From Octopus vulgaris (Eukaryota), in the NCBI GenBank assembly GCA_951406725.2, contig OX597835.1, positions 434,001-498,000 on the forward strand: a stretch of 64,000 nt of DNA, given 5' to 3'. A model generated the notes under the pieces. It had not been told where the DNA came from. It did not search any database and saw only the letters and a list, made by a program, of their open reading frames with translations. Below are positions 1 to 56,291 of the stretch, piece by piece; within the stretch, counting starts at the first letter, position 1; each line of letters begins with the position of its first letter. The position numbers and the translations under genes are program-made.

Positions 1-51
1 ACAACCGTTGCGTATTCCAGTTCTAGAGAGGTTATGCACCTTCAGCAATTT

Positions 52-111
52 GAATGTGATGAGTCCCCTATATTGCTAAGCACTTTATAGGTGCGAAACC
101 AATGGTCACTC
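52..111 (+). ncRNA. Degenerate hammerhead motif (first core C changed to G)
   Basis: GAAU-GUGAUGA-GUCCCCUAUA...UAUAGGUGC-GAAA-CCAAUGG-UC-ACUC. Confidence 0.5.
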
Positions 112-790
112 TATGCTTGGCTATAACTTTTAACTTCCTAAGATATATATATATATAAATACAAATGGGACAAGAACGCAAAACATCCAGATAAGCGGTA
201 CAAAAAACACGGACGGGTCATTCGAAGACTTTAATCTTCAGTCAAGAACCGGATCATCTTCGCAATTTCGGCTGATTAATCTTGAGATTGCTCCAATCTG
301 GCCAGCCCCAAGGAAAAACTAAGCTAAGAGCATTAGATTCCTTGGCTTTCAGTGCAAATGGTCTTTTACACGGCGCTGTGTTTACAATCCTGTAAATAGT
401 AATAATAATGGTATTTATCCTATAAGCTTAAAGCTTATGGCAATCACTGTGCAATGACTAAGGAAAATAGTCTAAGGAAAATAGTCTCGGTAGAAAAAAG
501 AAGGCATTCCTGTCTGCGTGGGAGGTGAACCCACATCCTTTTGTTAACGCGACTAAGTGTATTAGCTTTACATGCGGATAGGAAAGCCTTCTTTTTTCTG
601 TCCTGTCAAGAAATTATATGCTCCTTTATTAGATTATTTTTCTTACTCATTGCATGGTGATCGCCATAAGCTTTAAGCTTATAGAAAAAATATATATATA
701 TATATGGACCAATCTTTGGTCAAAACATATCTAAGTTTATATATATATATACATACACACACACACACATATACCGTACATATATATAGT

Positions 791-864
<74 letters not shown>

Positions 865-865
865 C
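791..865. repeat. (GATA)n microsatellite; representative of many (TA)n, (TG)n, (ATT)n, (GAT)n and (CAC)n tracts in the window
   Basis: Direct reading. Confidence 0.95.
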
Positions 866-961
866 AAACAGACAGACAGATTGATACACACACATTTTGT
901 GAAAGTAACACATTTCTTAGGCAGTTTAAAATAAATACATTGGCAACATAGATTCACTTAC

Positions 962-42574
<41,613 letters not shown>

Positions 42575-42905
42575 CTGTAAATAGAAATTTATTCGGAATA
42601 ACTTTCAGAGAAATATATTTTTATTTATACAAGATTGTTTCAATGTTAACAATGTTAACCTTTTTGTTACTATAATTCTTTTGAAATACACTGCCTTTGT
42701 TTCAGTCAATTTTGAAAGTAATGAAAGAATTTAATAAAATGATGTCATTATTAGGCAGGTGTTTGAAACATTAACATGAAATTTGAGAGAAAATTTGAAT
42801 TTCAATAACATTAGAACAAGAAATTCATATCATAAAACCAATGGCAATCTTAGGCAGTGGAGTATGAAAATGGTTAAAGCTATTTAAAAGCAACATCTGA
42901 ATATA

Positions 42906-43217
42906 TAGGGTATCCCTAAAGTCTGGACACACAGGAAATCTTATTAACTATATTTTTTACTCAATGAAAAACAGACACAACACACTTGATGGAATGCATA
43001 AAGAGTAAATATGCTCAAATTGATGGCAGTGTAGAGTTATTACATCGGGTTCACATGAATCTTGCAAAGTGCTTCAACCTTTGCATCACAAATGGTGGAA
43101 ATAATATTGAAGATGTTATTCGTTAATATTCCAAATGAATAAAATGGCATTGAAAATTTTATGTGTATTTCTTGAAAATGTAGCATTTGCCTGTGTCCAG
43201 ACTTTAGGGACACATTG
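42906..43217. mobile_element. Tc1/mariner-type MITE
   Basis: TIR TCCCTAAAGTCTGGACAC / GTGTCCAGACTTTAGGGA. Confidence 0.7.
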
Positions 43218-44295
43218 TGCAAACAAAAATAGAAAGCTTCAGTTCTGAGCCCATCGGCTGAGATTGAAACCTGGAAAAGAGCCAAACCAAGGTAAAAAAG
43301 AAAATTTATTTTTAAGTAAAAATATTTAATTTTAGGTGCAAAGTCTCAGTGGCTTCCTTATATAATTTCCCTGGACAACATTAATTACATAGTCATGAGA
43401 TAGATATTATGAAATCATCATCATCATCATCATTTAACATCCATTTTCCATGCTCGTATGGGTTGGACCAGTCTGACAGTTGGCAAGGCCAGGAGCCACA
43501 CAATTGTCTGTTTTGTCATGATTTCTACAGCTAGGTGCCCTTCCTAATGCTAACCACTTTACAGTTTGTGCTGGGAACATTTTATTTGACACCAGCACCA
43601 GTGCTTTTCACATGGCAGCAACACCAGTGCTTTTAGACTGATACCAGCACCGAGAGAGTCACCAAGTACCTTGCAAGACTAAAGCCCCTCAACTGGAAGG
43701 TAGGGGTAGCATTGAAGAGGTGTTGCTTTGTGCCAGTTGAGAGATAAAAGGTATAGAGGAGAGAGATAGGTGTCAGCTGGAAAGCAAAGGAGAGTGAGTT
43801 AGGGAGTATAATCAAGAGAGCAATGGGGAGAGAGATGATGGTGAAGATGTTTCAGGACATGCCCTCAAAGGATACTGGGGTGGTAAGAATAGGCGAGGTG
43901 ATATAGCTGTCTCAGCCTTTATCTTTCCATTGGATAACATCAGTGGCATAGAAAAGGGAGGCTGGTATGCATGGGTGACTGCTGGTCTTCTATTAACAAT
44001 GTTGCTGAACTTGTGCTTTGGAGGGTAACTTTCTAGGTGGAATCCCATGGTTATTCATTGTCGAAGGGAGTTTTACTCTTATAGAGGTTTGAGATGGTTG
44101 AATGGGCACGACGAGGTGACTGTAACAAATGATGGAGTGGTTGGCTTTAGGAAGGGCATCCAGCTGTAGAAACTCTGCCAGATCACATTGGAGCCTGGTG
44201 CAGCCATCTGGCTCAACAGTCCTCAGTCAAACCGTCCAACCCATGCCAGTGCCAGCATGGAAAGCGGACGTGAAACGATGATGATGATGATAATG

Positions 44296-44330
<35 letters not shown>

Positions 44331-45840
44331 ATTATGATGAGCTTCTTTCACTTTCTGTCTACCAAATTCAAGCGACTATAGTTGACCTGGAGCTACAATA
44401 GACAATTACCCAGAGTGCCACACAATGGAGCTAAACCCAAGACCATGTGGTTAGGAAGTGAACTTCTTAACCATGTAGCCATGCCTGCACCTTTTAGCCA
44501 TGCCTTCACCTATACCAATGCCTGTACCTATAGCCAGGCCTATAGAAAATAAGGTATCATATATGTATTACAGAGATTCAGAAAATTTTAATTAACTGAT
44601 TACCTTTAAAATTAGTAAACAAAATCTCCCTTTAACAGTGCTAAAGGAAGTTTAAAATGTAAGAAGAACAACCAATGAGGTTAACTCACTAGCAACTAAA
44701 TGAAATTTTTGGAAAAGAAGAGAGGAGTGATTCTGATCTTTACATTTAAAGAAGAAACAAGTATGTTTCAGACTTATTGGGCCTTTTCAACAAAACATTT
44801 TTCTCAATTGGCAAGGCTTAAAAGTGATCAGTATATATAGAAATAGAGGGAACACAGTAACACTGATTATTAACATCAGCAATATGCTGAAGGAATTACC
44901 CCAAGGGAATGATCTGCATACAAAATACACATACAATAAAGCCTTACATATGCAAAATAGTAAGTTAAAGATTTCAATTAATTGAAATTATACAAGCAAT
45001 TAAGACAAAATCTACCTCAAAAGAGGTTAAAAAACTAAAAATAGCAATCATGGGAGATAACTCCAGTAAAATCAGCTAATTTAAATTTTTGGAAACTAAA
45101 TATGAAACAAATAGAAGTCAAGCTCATGTATAAAAACCTGCTTCGATTTACCAATTATTTGTCAAGGTGCTTTAGAATATTTTTATCTATTGTTACATTG
45201 ATACTCTTCTTCAATCATTTGGACAACAAAAATGTGAAACTCAGAGTTATCATTCAGTCTCAGAGTAAGCTTCAGTGTCTAAAACAATACAAACACTCCA
45301 TTTTGTGTATTGAGTACTTTTTCTCTGTTTGTTAATACAAATGTTTGCTAGTCCATATGGAATGAAGCCGTTCCCCCTTTTATTATCTAAGCTTATTCAT
45401 AAACATACATACACATACATTTATATAATATAAAAATGTGTATACATAGATAAATGAATACACACACACATAAACACAGACACACACACACACAGTACAT
45501 ACTCAGATATTTGTGTATGTGAATGCACACATGGACAGACATTGACAAGCACTTACTCATATATACACATAGAAATACAAACGCACACACACAAAGACTT
45601 TCACACAGACTTGCACACTAGTGCATGTGCACACACACACACACACAGATGCACATACTATTCCATTAAACATATCCTGTTGCTGTCAGTTATGTTTCTC
45701 TCTCTCCCTCTCAGCTCTCCCCCTCTCTCTCTGTTTCACTCTCTTTTTTTCTCCTTCATGCTCATCATTGCTACTTATCTTTCTCCCTTTTCTTTTCTCA
45801 TTATTTTTCCTCTCCCTGCTTCCAATGACTGAGTCTTGAC

Positions 45841-45928
45841 CAATGTTAAAATAGATGCTTAACATTCCTTTGAATGTGACTGACGAAGCTAAGTGCATGA
45901 TTCGGAAATAATTTCCAAGCGCAGCCAT
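45841..45928 (-). CDS. Candidate first coding exon of the EFCAB6-like gene (MAALGNYFRIMHLASSVTFKGMLSIYFNI)
   Basis: ATG-initiated, unique sequence, ends in phase 1 at a weak GTCAAG donor matching the phase-1 exon at 42574; no homology support. Confidence 0.3.
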
Positions 45929-46088
45929 CCAGATGCATTAGAACAAGATTCAGTTGCCTCCAGCTTGGTTTGATTCCTCGAGATTATGGCTTCATCTTGC
46001 ATAATTTAATTCCTTTTTACAACAGGGTTGGGTTTTATATTAGATCCACATACCATACATTAATTGTCTGCATACAGTTGTCTATGTT

Positions 46089-46125
<37 letters not shown>

Positions 46126-46682
46126 GAGAGAGAGAGAGTTTGCACACACAAGCATATTTACACACATATATACACATACAAACACTCACAAACAGATACA
46201 TGTATATATGTATGCATGTAACCCTATGTATATATACATATATACAAATATGTGTGTATGCACATGCACACACACACACACTTCATTTTTTTGTATTTAG
46301 TTTGTAAGATTCTTGTTGTGAATTTGCATGTTGAAACAAATCTTGCTGTGTCTTGGCAGAAACACTTTCATAAGACTCAACAAGATATACATATAGGGAG
46401 AATTCACAAAAAAACAAAAGACGAAGACAGGTGGTAAAGACAAGAAACAGATGTATTAGTTTAACGCTCAGGAAGTGAAAAAGTCTTTAATGTTTCAAGC
46501 CTACGCTCTTCCACAGAGAGGAACACAGAAAGAAACAAGGAGAGAAAATAAAGAATGTGTAGTGGCTAGCGATCAATCATGGCGAATGCCAGACAGAGGG
46601 GTCACACAGGAGAGCTAGGAAGAAGGGGAGATAATAAAGTAGTGGTGATCCTAAAACAAAGGTGTGTATGTGTGTATATGAG

Positions 46683-47481
46683 AGCCACTGCCTGTAGAGT
46701 TAATTTTTGGTCTTGTTCTAATTTTGTTAACATATGGGAACATATATCAGCATTTTTTCTTGCTGTTAACCCTTGCTCAAAAATTAGACATTTGAACAAA
46801 TCCAGGGTTATTTCATTTAATTTGAATTTTTCACACTCTCTGTTAACGACCCAGCATAGGCGATAAAATCTTCAGAAAAATATAGTTACAGTATTTTTCA
46901 TGTTTGGCAGGGGATAACTCACTTAAAAGTAGTGCACCTTCATCTCATCATTCCAATTTTTACATTCTTCTTTGAAGATTTCTTCGTATCTTCTAAAATA
47001 TGAAGAAAAAGTAGTACCTTCTTCTGGGTTACAAATATATTCTCCAGTTGAATTTGCTATGCTGTCTGGTGAGAATGAACCTGAAGTATTTTCAGACTTC
47101 TTCAACATTACTTCCAGTAACTGTTGGTATTGTTGTTGTTGCTGTTGTAGTTGTTGTTGTAACTGCTGTTGTTGCTGTTGCAACTGTACCACGCAAGCCA
47201 ACAAGTCTTCCATGTTAAATATTTTTTCTTTTTTTATGCACCAAAAAAAGAAAATTTAAATGTCCTCCGCAAGCTTTGAATATCTCGTTGCCACTTTTAT
47301 ATCCTGCCACAGGTTGGCATAGATAAATTATGCAGCGGAGGTTTAATCAATGTGTTCACACAATGTACTTCGAAAGACTACCAAAACGCTCTCCCCATCT
47401 ACTACTGACCTCTACTATTTTATAAGAGCTCGGCTAGTTCATTCTTCCAATCTACCAGGGGTATCAATGACTCTTGCCACA
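46683..47481 (-). mobile_element. Ty3/Gypsy (Mag-type) 5' fragment: short LTR (~47296-47481), PBS, gag
   Basis: PBS TGGCAACGAG at 47284-47293; gag MEDLL..polyQ..FSPDSIANS..PEEGTTFSSYFRRYEEIF..W and RECEKF..FKCLIF.QGL. Confidence 0.8.
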
Positions 47482-48043
47482 ACAGAACTAAGAAAAGTTT
47501 GACAAAATCATACACATATAGACACATGTATGTGCTCAAACATGGGATTGAAGGTACAGGAACTCACCTAGTTACCCACTCCAAAGAAAACCTCCAAACA
47601 TACACATGAACTCTATACACATACCAACACCTTCAACACTTTCAATCCCACCCCATACACACACATATCTATCCATTAGATTCTTGCATCACAACTGACT
47701 CATGTTTTTGGGACATTAATGGACATAACTCTTTATAAAATCCCTTGGTCAATTGTCTTCCATAACTCTGTTTCATTTTTTTCACAGCCCCCACACACTA
47801 GATGTAACACTTTCTCACTCCTATTACAGAGAGCAGTTGCTATATCTTTTCCATACCAGCTGTCCCTGAAGAGCATATATATCAAATAACAGCCCAGTTA
47901 TCTAATATCCAGTACAAAGCTAATTGTTAAGATCGGCTGTGAATACTGTATACTTTGGTTCATATATATATATCTGCCTGAGTGTTTGTGTATGTGTAGA
48001 TTATATGTATATGTGTGTGTGTGTGTTTGTTTTTATACATATA

Positions 48044-48407
48044 CTAGCACTATGACCCGGTAACGCCGGGTCATAGTGCTAGTGCATGCATATACAGCTG
48101 CATGTGTGTGCACATAGATGCGAGTACTGTCCAAATCTCCGACCAATCACATACAGCTAGCTGGCATTCAATTGGTGTATCAAGTTCCAGGCATTTTGAT
48201 TGGGTTTTGGATAGAAAACTCACAAAAAAGTCATTTCTATTGATTTTTTAATGGCTTTGCGGGGTGACTGGGGAAATGTAAAGATGTGCACAACCACCCT
48301 TGGACGGTTTTAAATGACCACAGAAAGTGCGAGCCCTCTAACTGAAAAATTGTGGATTTGTATAAAGGATACACACACACAGACATTTTGCCGTTTATAT
48401 ATAGAGA
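48044..48407 (-). mobile_element. Non-autonomous Helitron-type element
   Basis: Minus strand begins TCTCTATATATAAA and ends CTAG, between host A and T, with a 3' hairpin. Confidence 0.75.
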
Positions 48408-49148
48408 TATTCATATAGACACACAGACACATACATAACAAGAGAGGAGATAGTTTTTATGTTCCTTCATTGCACCTATCTGTTTCATTAATGAAAACAT
48501 CCATTATGTAAGGTTATACATTACAATCAGATTACATCATCAAATCATCAGAGCTTATATAACAAAAGAAGAATTATGCTGAAGACACTCTACAGCAGTT
48601 AGAGAGATACATCATTTCTACATAATGTGACTGACTTCTGCTACAATTCTATGGTTAGTCATACATCATAATCAATTGGTTATGATGAGTGACATATGTT
48701 TCTGCTGGACATAGTATGTGCCATTGCACATGCAACCCAGCATAATCTTCTGTGCATCTTCATTCAGGGTCCTACAGCAAGCATATTTGAATCTAAGCCA
48801 GTTCTTAGTGTATTTGGAGATACTAGTCCTAAAGAGGCCAGAGAATCAAACCCCACTTACAAGCTTCGTTACTGGTGTGGTTCCTGTAGCTAGAGGCCCT
48901 TCCTAAGACCAAGAACTTCACAAACTCTACTGAATTGTGAACACCACCAAGATGTTTTGAGTTTGTGTGTATGTGCATGTGTGTGTATATGTGTGAGTGC
49001 ACGTGAACATACACACGTGCACCAAAGTTGCAGATAACCAAATCAAAAGGGTTCTACATAATCAACCAAGAGGTTGATGCTCAGATCTTTGCATGAGTGT
49101 TACACTGAAGTGAGTTCACTTTGCACCCACCTCCAGAAACTATGGTTA

Positions 49149-49660
49149 CCGTAAATCTTTGAGTATAATCCGCATTTTTTCCCCAAAATTTAAAGGTCAA
49201 AATTCCTAGTGCATACTATATACGAGGTTAAAAATTAAAATTATTTTCTAAGCAATGTCCAAGTCTCTATTTGCTGTCCGGCAATGTTTATTCAGACGCA
49301 TTTTGTGATGTCGGGCACGAAAATACCTTAAGCTAAGCCAGAAAGCAATGAAGTCATAAAAGAATCATCCATAACTTGAAGTAAGCATCATTTATTAAAC
49401 GTTATTACTGTTATTTCTTTATTTTCTGCAAACAAAATGCACAAAAAAGCTACACGTTTGCATTATGTTATATATACCAAAATAATAAAGGATGTTAGTG
49501 TATACATTTTTACAAACCAAGGACGTTATATAGACCTCCTTGATTCAAGTTAGAGAAGGGGTGCGTATTATACACATGGTTTAGGTTTTTCAGATGTACA
49601 GCCCCCTAAAAATTCTCTGTGTATTATACTCAAGGGCGGACTATACTCGAGGATTTATGG
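49149..49660. mobile_element. pogo/Tc1-type MITE
   Basis: TA|CCGTAAATCTTTGAGTATAATCCGC ... GCGGACTATACTCGAGGATTTATGG|TA. Confidence 0.75.
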
Positions 49661-52657
49661 TATGTAGAAACAGACTGGACAGTGGAAAGTGTGTAACATG
49701 CTCAGACTGCTGCACCACACAACATACAAATAACCACCACATAATAGACTGTGCAGTATGGTCCTCAACTAGACAGATATATGGTATATACGGTGCTATG
49801 GATCTGTAAACTGCACAATGCCATGTGTGTGCCTCTGTGTATGTATGTGTGTGTGTGTGAATAAACGATAAACATCAGTGAAAACCTGATAAATTGGAGC
49901 ATCAAATAAATATAGCTTGTGTTAATTATTCCAGCAATGTTTCAAAGATGCTACCTTTCTTACTTATTAGTCCATTGGGAACCTGTAAAACTAATAAGGC
50001 AGCAAGCTGGCAGAATTGCAAGCATACCAAAGTGCTTATCAGTATTTCATTTGCCTCTATGATCTGAGTTCAAATTCTGCAGGAGCCCACTTTGCCTTTC
50101 ATCCTTTCAGCATCAATGAAATAAGTACCAGTCATGTACTGGGGTTGATGTAATTGATAAGTCCTTTCTCCACAAAATTTCAGGACCTCTGCCAATTTTG
50201 GCACAAGACCAGTAATTTTCAAGGAGGGGATAAGTTGATTACATTGATCCCAATAATCAACTGGTACTTATTTTATTAACCCCGAAAGGATGAAAGGTCA
50301 AGTCAACCATCGCAAAATTTGAACTCAGAACATAAACATGGACGAAATGCTGCTGAGCCCTCTGCTCAGTTTGCAAACGGTTCTGCTGGCTGCCACCTTA
50401 ACCTACGTAATATATTAAAAAAAAAAAAAGACAGGAAGAGGTCTCTGGTTTCAAAAATAACCTGTCCTCCACTACCACCAGCTCCACAAGCTGGAGAAAC
50501 CTGCAAAATGTTCATGTAACCCTTTCTCCTTTGATGAAGCCATGAAAAAATTAAAAAAATTTCTAAACTATGTTCCAATAATACTTCAGTCATTATGTCA
50601 TGCGACTGAACAAGGGATTTAACTCTGCTTGCTCCAGTTTGCCTGACTGACAAAATAATGTTCCACTCCTAATTCACAGATGAGTGGTTAGCAGTAAGAA
50701 GGGCATCCAGCCATAAAAACAACCGCTTCAAGCAGAAACTCTGTTAACCGCACAAGCAGAGACAAAAATGGATGCAAAACAGTAACAGAAATATATATAT
50801 AAATGTGTGTGGTGTGTATATGTGTGATGATGTATGTGTGTATGCAAGTTAGTAGGTATATCAAAGTCTGTGTAGATGCATTTGTAATTTTATGAGTATG
50901 TGAACATTTATCTCTATGAACATAACCATACAGAAAAATTGGTTGATGTGTGAGTGTCTATGTATGTGTGTGCGCATTTGTCTGTAGTGTGTGCGCTATT
51001 ATATATATGTGCAGTAATCTGTGAGTATTAATGTGCTTGTACATGTGCGTGTGTTTTTGTGTGTGTTAGTGTATGCGTATACTAGTCTGTGAGTGTATTT
51101 CTGTGTAACAGTTCAAGTACACATCTATGTATGTGCATGTGAGCATGAATGAGTATGTACACGAATACATGCAAGCGCTTATCTGGAACATATTTGTGAG
51201 TATATATACATGTGTGTCTATATATATGCACATATGTATTTGTACATTTATGTGTATATGTAAATCTATATGCATGTGCATGTGTGTCTGTACCAGAAAT
51301 CAATATTTATACAACTCACTGCCAGTATACATATGCGTATAGTTACTTACTGACTGACATCACCATGTTTAAACCCATAAATATATTGTATGTGTACATA
51401 TTTGTATACATAAGAAAATGTATACTTAAACAGAAGTATGTATGAATTTAGTATGCATATATAAATCTACATGCACAGCATGCTATATGTGAGTATAAGA
51501 ATGCCTACATGTGTAGGTCAGTGCATGATTTGCTACATATTTGAATATTAGATGCTGATATTATATTTCCAAATGTATGTGTAAAATGAGTGTATATACC
51601 AATTTGTGCATTGGAGTTAGCTGTATAACAGCAGGTCATTTTTGGCCAAGGAGACGTAGGATGGAAGGCATTTCAGCCATGGCAGTTCTGTCTATTTTGT
51701 AGCAGTTTATCTCAATACCTTAATCTATGTGGCAACTATTCTTGGCAGATAATGTACTTAAGTACAAGCTATGTCTGTACATAGGTAAATATGTTTACAT
51801 AATTCTACAAGAGTAGATACAACTCTAAATATACAGATACACCTATGAAAATAGTGTGAATATAATACATATCTATCTGTTTATATTAGAGCTTATTAAT
51901 TTGTGGTTGCATGTATATATAAATTTGCAAGTTAGGGAAGTGTATGTGTATATGTATGTATCTGCAAAGTTTGTATGTGTGTGTGTATCTGTGTGCGTAT
52001 GTGTGTGTGTATACATAAACACATATTATTTTTTATCTTTTATTGCAGCCCTGCTGAGGCACCACCTTAAATGGTTTCAGTCAAACAAACACAGACATAA
52101 AGCCACAAACACACACAACGGGCTTCTTCCAGTTTCTGTCTACCAAATCCACCTCACAAGGTTTTGGTTGGCCTGAGGTTATATTAGAAGACATTTGCTC
52201 AAGGTGCCATGCAGTGGGACTGAACCTGTAACCATGTGGTTGGGAATCAAGCTTCTTACCACATAGCCATGTATGATCATTATCATCTGACAACTATGTT
52301 CAATGCTGGCAAAGGTTGGATGAGTTATAGTTTATCTTATGTATGCATTGCCAGGGCATACCAGCAAATGGTTCTCTTACACTATTTGTATATAGCCATA
52401 AGCCAGCAACTCAGTTCACCTCCAATCCTGTTTGGGTACATCGTGTTGATAAGCCAGAAAAATGGTGAAACATCCATGTCCATCACTCCTGAATGGAGTG
52501 AGTTATCTCACCTGTCTATGACTTTCAGCTTTTTAACACTAGGTACTTTGGAGTGATTGAGAGAGAGAGAGAGAGACAAACAGACAGAGAAAGGGCGACA
52601 CACACACACCACATACTTCTTTCAGTTTTCGCTTGCATACACACATACACTTATATA

Positions 52658-53370
52658 CGAGGGCGACCTGAAAAGTTCATAGGCTGACTATGAAGGAGTG
52701 ATGTTAGAGCTGTGAAATCTTGCAGGCATTCATTTCTCCTCTCTTGTCATTCATAACTGCATTGTTTCTTTCCAAGTAAACTGACATCTGACTATTTTAA
52801 AAAAAGACTTCAAAAGTAACTAGTAGCAACTTCTCTTGAAAACAGACAAAATTTGGTATCATGGTGTTATCAAGTACCTGCAGAAAAAGGGTTTAGCCCC
52901 CAACGACATTCAAAATGACATGATTGTTACATTAGAGCATGACACTGCAGCTTTGTCAACTGCACAAATGTAGGGAGCTGAATCTAGGAGGGGAAGGGAG
53001 AGTCCTGGAGATTACTGTAGGGGTGGATGTCCTACAACTGCCATCACTGAAGAAAACATTGATTGTGTTCACCACATGGTGATTGACTATAAATCAAACA
53101 GCCAATGCTATTAGCATACCCTGTGAGAGAGTGGAGAATATTCTGCACAACGAATTTAGCATGATGAAGGTTTCTGCTCAGTGGTGCCATATCTTCTAAC
53201 ACATGATCAAAAGCACACCAGACTGATCACATCATGAGAAAATCTGACATTGTTTGAGGCAGATCCAGCTGGGCTCGTTGAATGTTACCTAACCCAGTAT
53301 GAGTGTTGAGTTCCTCACTTTGAGCCAGAGACAATCCATGCAATGGATACACATTTCCTCACCTGCTCCA
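52658..53370 (+). mobile_element. mariner transposon 5' remnant
   Basis: TA|CGAGGGCGACCTGAAAAGTT terminus; VIKYLQKKGLAPNDI N-terminal HTH region, heavily decayed. Confidence 0.7.
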
Positions 53371-54604
53371 TTCACAACGTTTGTCCAGCTTTTGTCTTCG
53401 ACTGTTGCAGGTTTAAAAAAATCATTATGAAATATAAAAGTGAAAATTTTTTATCATCAATTTTCACTTTCATATTTCATGTGAATGTGTATGTGTGTGT
53501 GTGTGTGTATGTGTTTGTCCTCCACTGCTGCTTGACAACCAGTCCTCATAACATAGTAGTTTGGAAAAAGGAACCAATTGAATAAGTACCAGGATGAAAA
53601 AAAGAAAATAAGTATTGGAAATGATTCATTCGAATAAAAATTCTTCAAGGCAGTGCCCCAACATGCCGCTGTTTAATGACTGAAACAAGTAAAAAGTAAA
53701 AAAGATATATATATATCGGGCGTTGTGAGTGTTTATTGAGTGAAAATACCTAAAGCTCCACGAGGCTCCGGCAGGGGATGGTAGCGAACCTTGCTGTTCT
53801 CTTTTGCCACAACTTTCTCTCACTCTTTCTTCTGTTGGCCTGCTCGCTTAGCCAGCGGGGTGGCATCATTTGAAGGCTAAAACAATGCAAAGCGTATTGT
53901 GACCAGCGATGTGTAACAACATCTGATAGCCTGGTCGGTCACGATGATATATATATATATACACATAAAATACAAAATGGGACAAGAACATAAAACATCC
54001 AGATAGATGATACAAAGAAAACAAGGACAGGTCATTCAGAGGTTTCTTTCCTCAGTCAAGTTCCAGATTATGTTTACAATTTCAGCTGGTTATACTCGAA
54101 ATTGCTCCAATCTGACCAGCTCCAAGGAAAAACTAAGCTAACAGCAGGTGTTCTTAGGTATTTGTGTTCTCCATTTTTTCCGTCCTTGTTTTCATATACA
54201 TTCGCTGTTTTCTTCCAAGGAATCCATTTGTTCAACTAAACCTTTAAGGCAGTGGCCTCAGAATGACCAGCCACGCAAAATCAAACCTAGCAAAATCGCA
54301 GTTGTGGGAGATACCACTGTCATGCAAATTGGCACCTGTGCCAGTGGTACATAAAAGCACCCATTACACTCTCAAAGTTGTTGGTGTTAGAAAGGGCATC
54401 CAGCTGTAGAAAATCATGCCAAATCAGACTGGAGCCAGGTGCAACCTTCCAGCATGCCAGCTCAGTCAAACCGTCAAGCCCATGCCAGCATGTACAATGG
54501 ACATTAAATGATGATGATGATATATATACAAATATATATATATATACTCATATATCTATATTTACTCATATATATATATAAAATATAATATATAAATATT
54601 ACTC

Positions 54605-55006
54605 TTTTCTCATTTACTTTTTTACTTGTTTCAGTCATTTGACTGCGGCCATGCTGGAGCACCGCCTTTAGTCGAGCAAATCGACCCCGGGACTTATTCT
54701 TTGTAAGCCCAGTACTTATTCTATTGGTCTCTTTTTGCCGAACTGCTAAGTGACAGGGACGTAAGCACACCAGCATCGGTTGTCAAGCACTGCTAGGGGT
54801 ACAAACACAGACACATACATATATATATATATACACATATATACGACAGGCTTCTTTCAGTTTCCGTCTACCAAATCCACTCACAAGGCATTGGTCAGCC
54901 CGGGGATATAACAGAAGACACTTGCCCAAGATGCCACGCAGTGTGACTGAACCCGGAACCATGTGGTTGGTTAGCAAGCTACTTACCACACAGCCACTCC
55001 TGCGCC
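54605..55006 (-). mobile_element. SINE family A copy
   Basis: Reverse complement of the family A sequence. Confidence 0.9.
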
Positions 55007-56260
55007 TATATATGCATATATACATACATATATGTACATACCTACATATATATGTATATATACATGCATATATGGGTACAAGACATCAAACAAACGTAAA
55101 CAAAATGAGAAACGAGAACATAAAAACAAAAACATAGAAAACAATTTTTTTTTAAACAATGAAAGAAACAAATAGAGAAACGAGACAGGCAACATAAAGA
55201 ACATTCCCTTCATCATTTGTCCCCTGTTTTATCTACTCCACATTTCGAAGGTAGGGAAAAGACGCGACTTTGTTAAAACAGTCCTTCCTGCAAAGCAAAT
55301 TAAATAAAATTTGAGATTTTTTGCGGAGGGTTAAAGTGGTAACAAGAACAGGAGAGTAAGAACAAAACAGTAAAAACAAACGGTGAGGGTTGTGAAGCGA
55401 AGACGATGTGAAGTGGTGAACACTGGAGAAACGAGCTTTGAGAAGAGACAGACGAAAGCACATCTTGTCTTTAGGAAGGAAGTGGAAGAAAGGAAGATGG
55501 ATAGCCGTTGGTCACGTGTGAGCAACGAGAGAGTCAAGGAGGAAAAGTAAGAGGGGGAGAGGGAATGGTGAAGGGGAGAGGAGGAGAATAGGGAAAGGGT
55601 GGGAGAGAAAAACAGAAAGGAAGAAAAACGAGAGAGGGAGATAGAAAGAATAGAGATAGGATAGAGTGCGCATCAGAATTATTAAGATAAACCTTACATG
55701 GAAATGGATGCATATTTACATACATATATGTACATACCTACATACATTTATATATACATGCATATGTGGGTACAAGACATCCAAAAAACATGAACAAAAT
55801 GAGAAACAAGAACATATTCATATACATATGTATATATACATACATATATACATATATATATATACATACATACATACATATATATATATACATATATATA
55901 CTCATATATATATATATATACACACATATATACACACAAACATACACACCCTCCTCTTGCTTTCCCTCTTTATATGAAAGAGAGATTTGGAGAGACAAAG
56001 TGAGTGACATCAAAATGTATGTATATATACACACATGTATATGTGTTTCTGTTTTCAAGTGTAAATCTATCCATTGATTTTATGTATGCTTATATTTATG
56101 CTCACCATCAGTAAAATGTGTGTACACATGTACACTTATGCATATATGTGTGCATGGATGCATACACTAAAATGTGCATGCAAATATGTTCACATAGGAA
56201 TGTGAACATACACATATTTATGTACATGTATGTATGTATGTATGTATGTATGTATGTATG

Positions 56261-56291
<31 letters not shown>

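Noticed and set aside
44604-44640. 37-nt segment with good splice signals
   Set aside because: Stop codon in the frame needed to join 42574; could only be UTR and is unsupported
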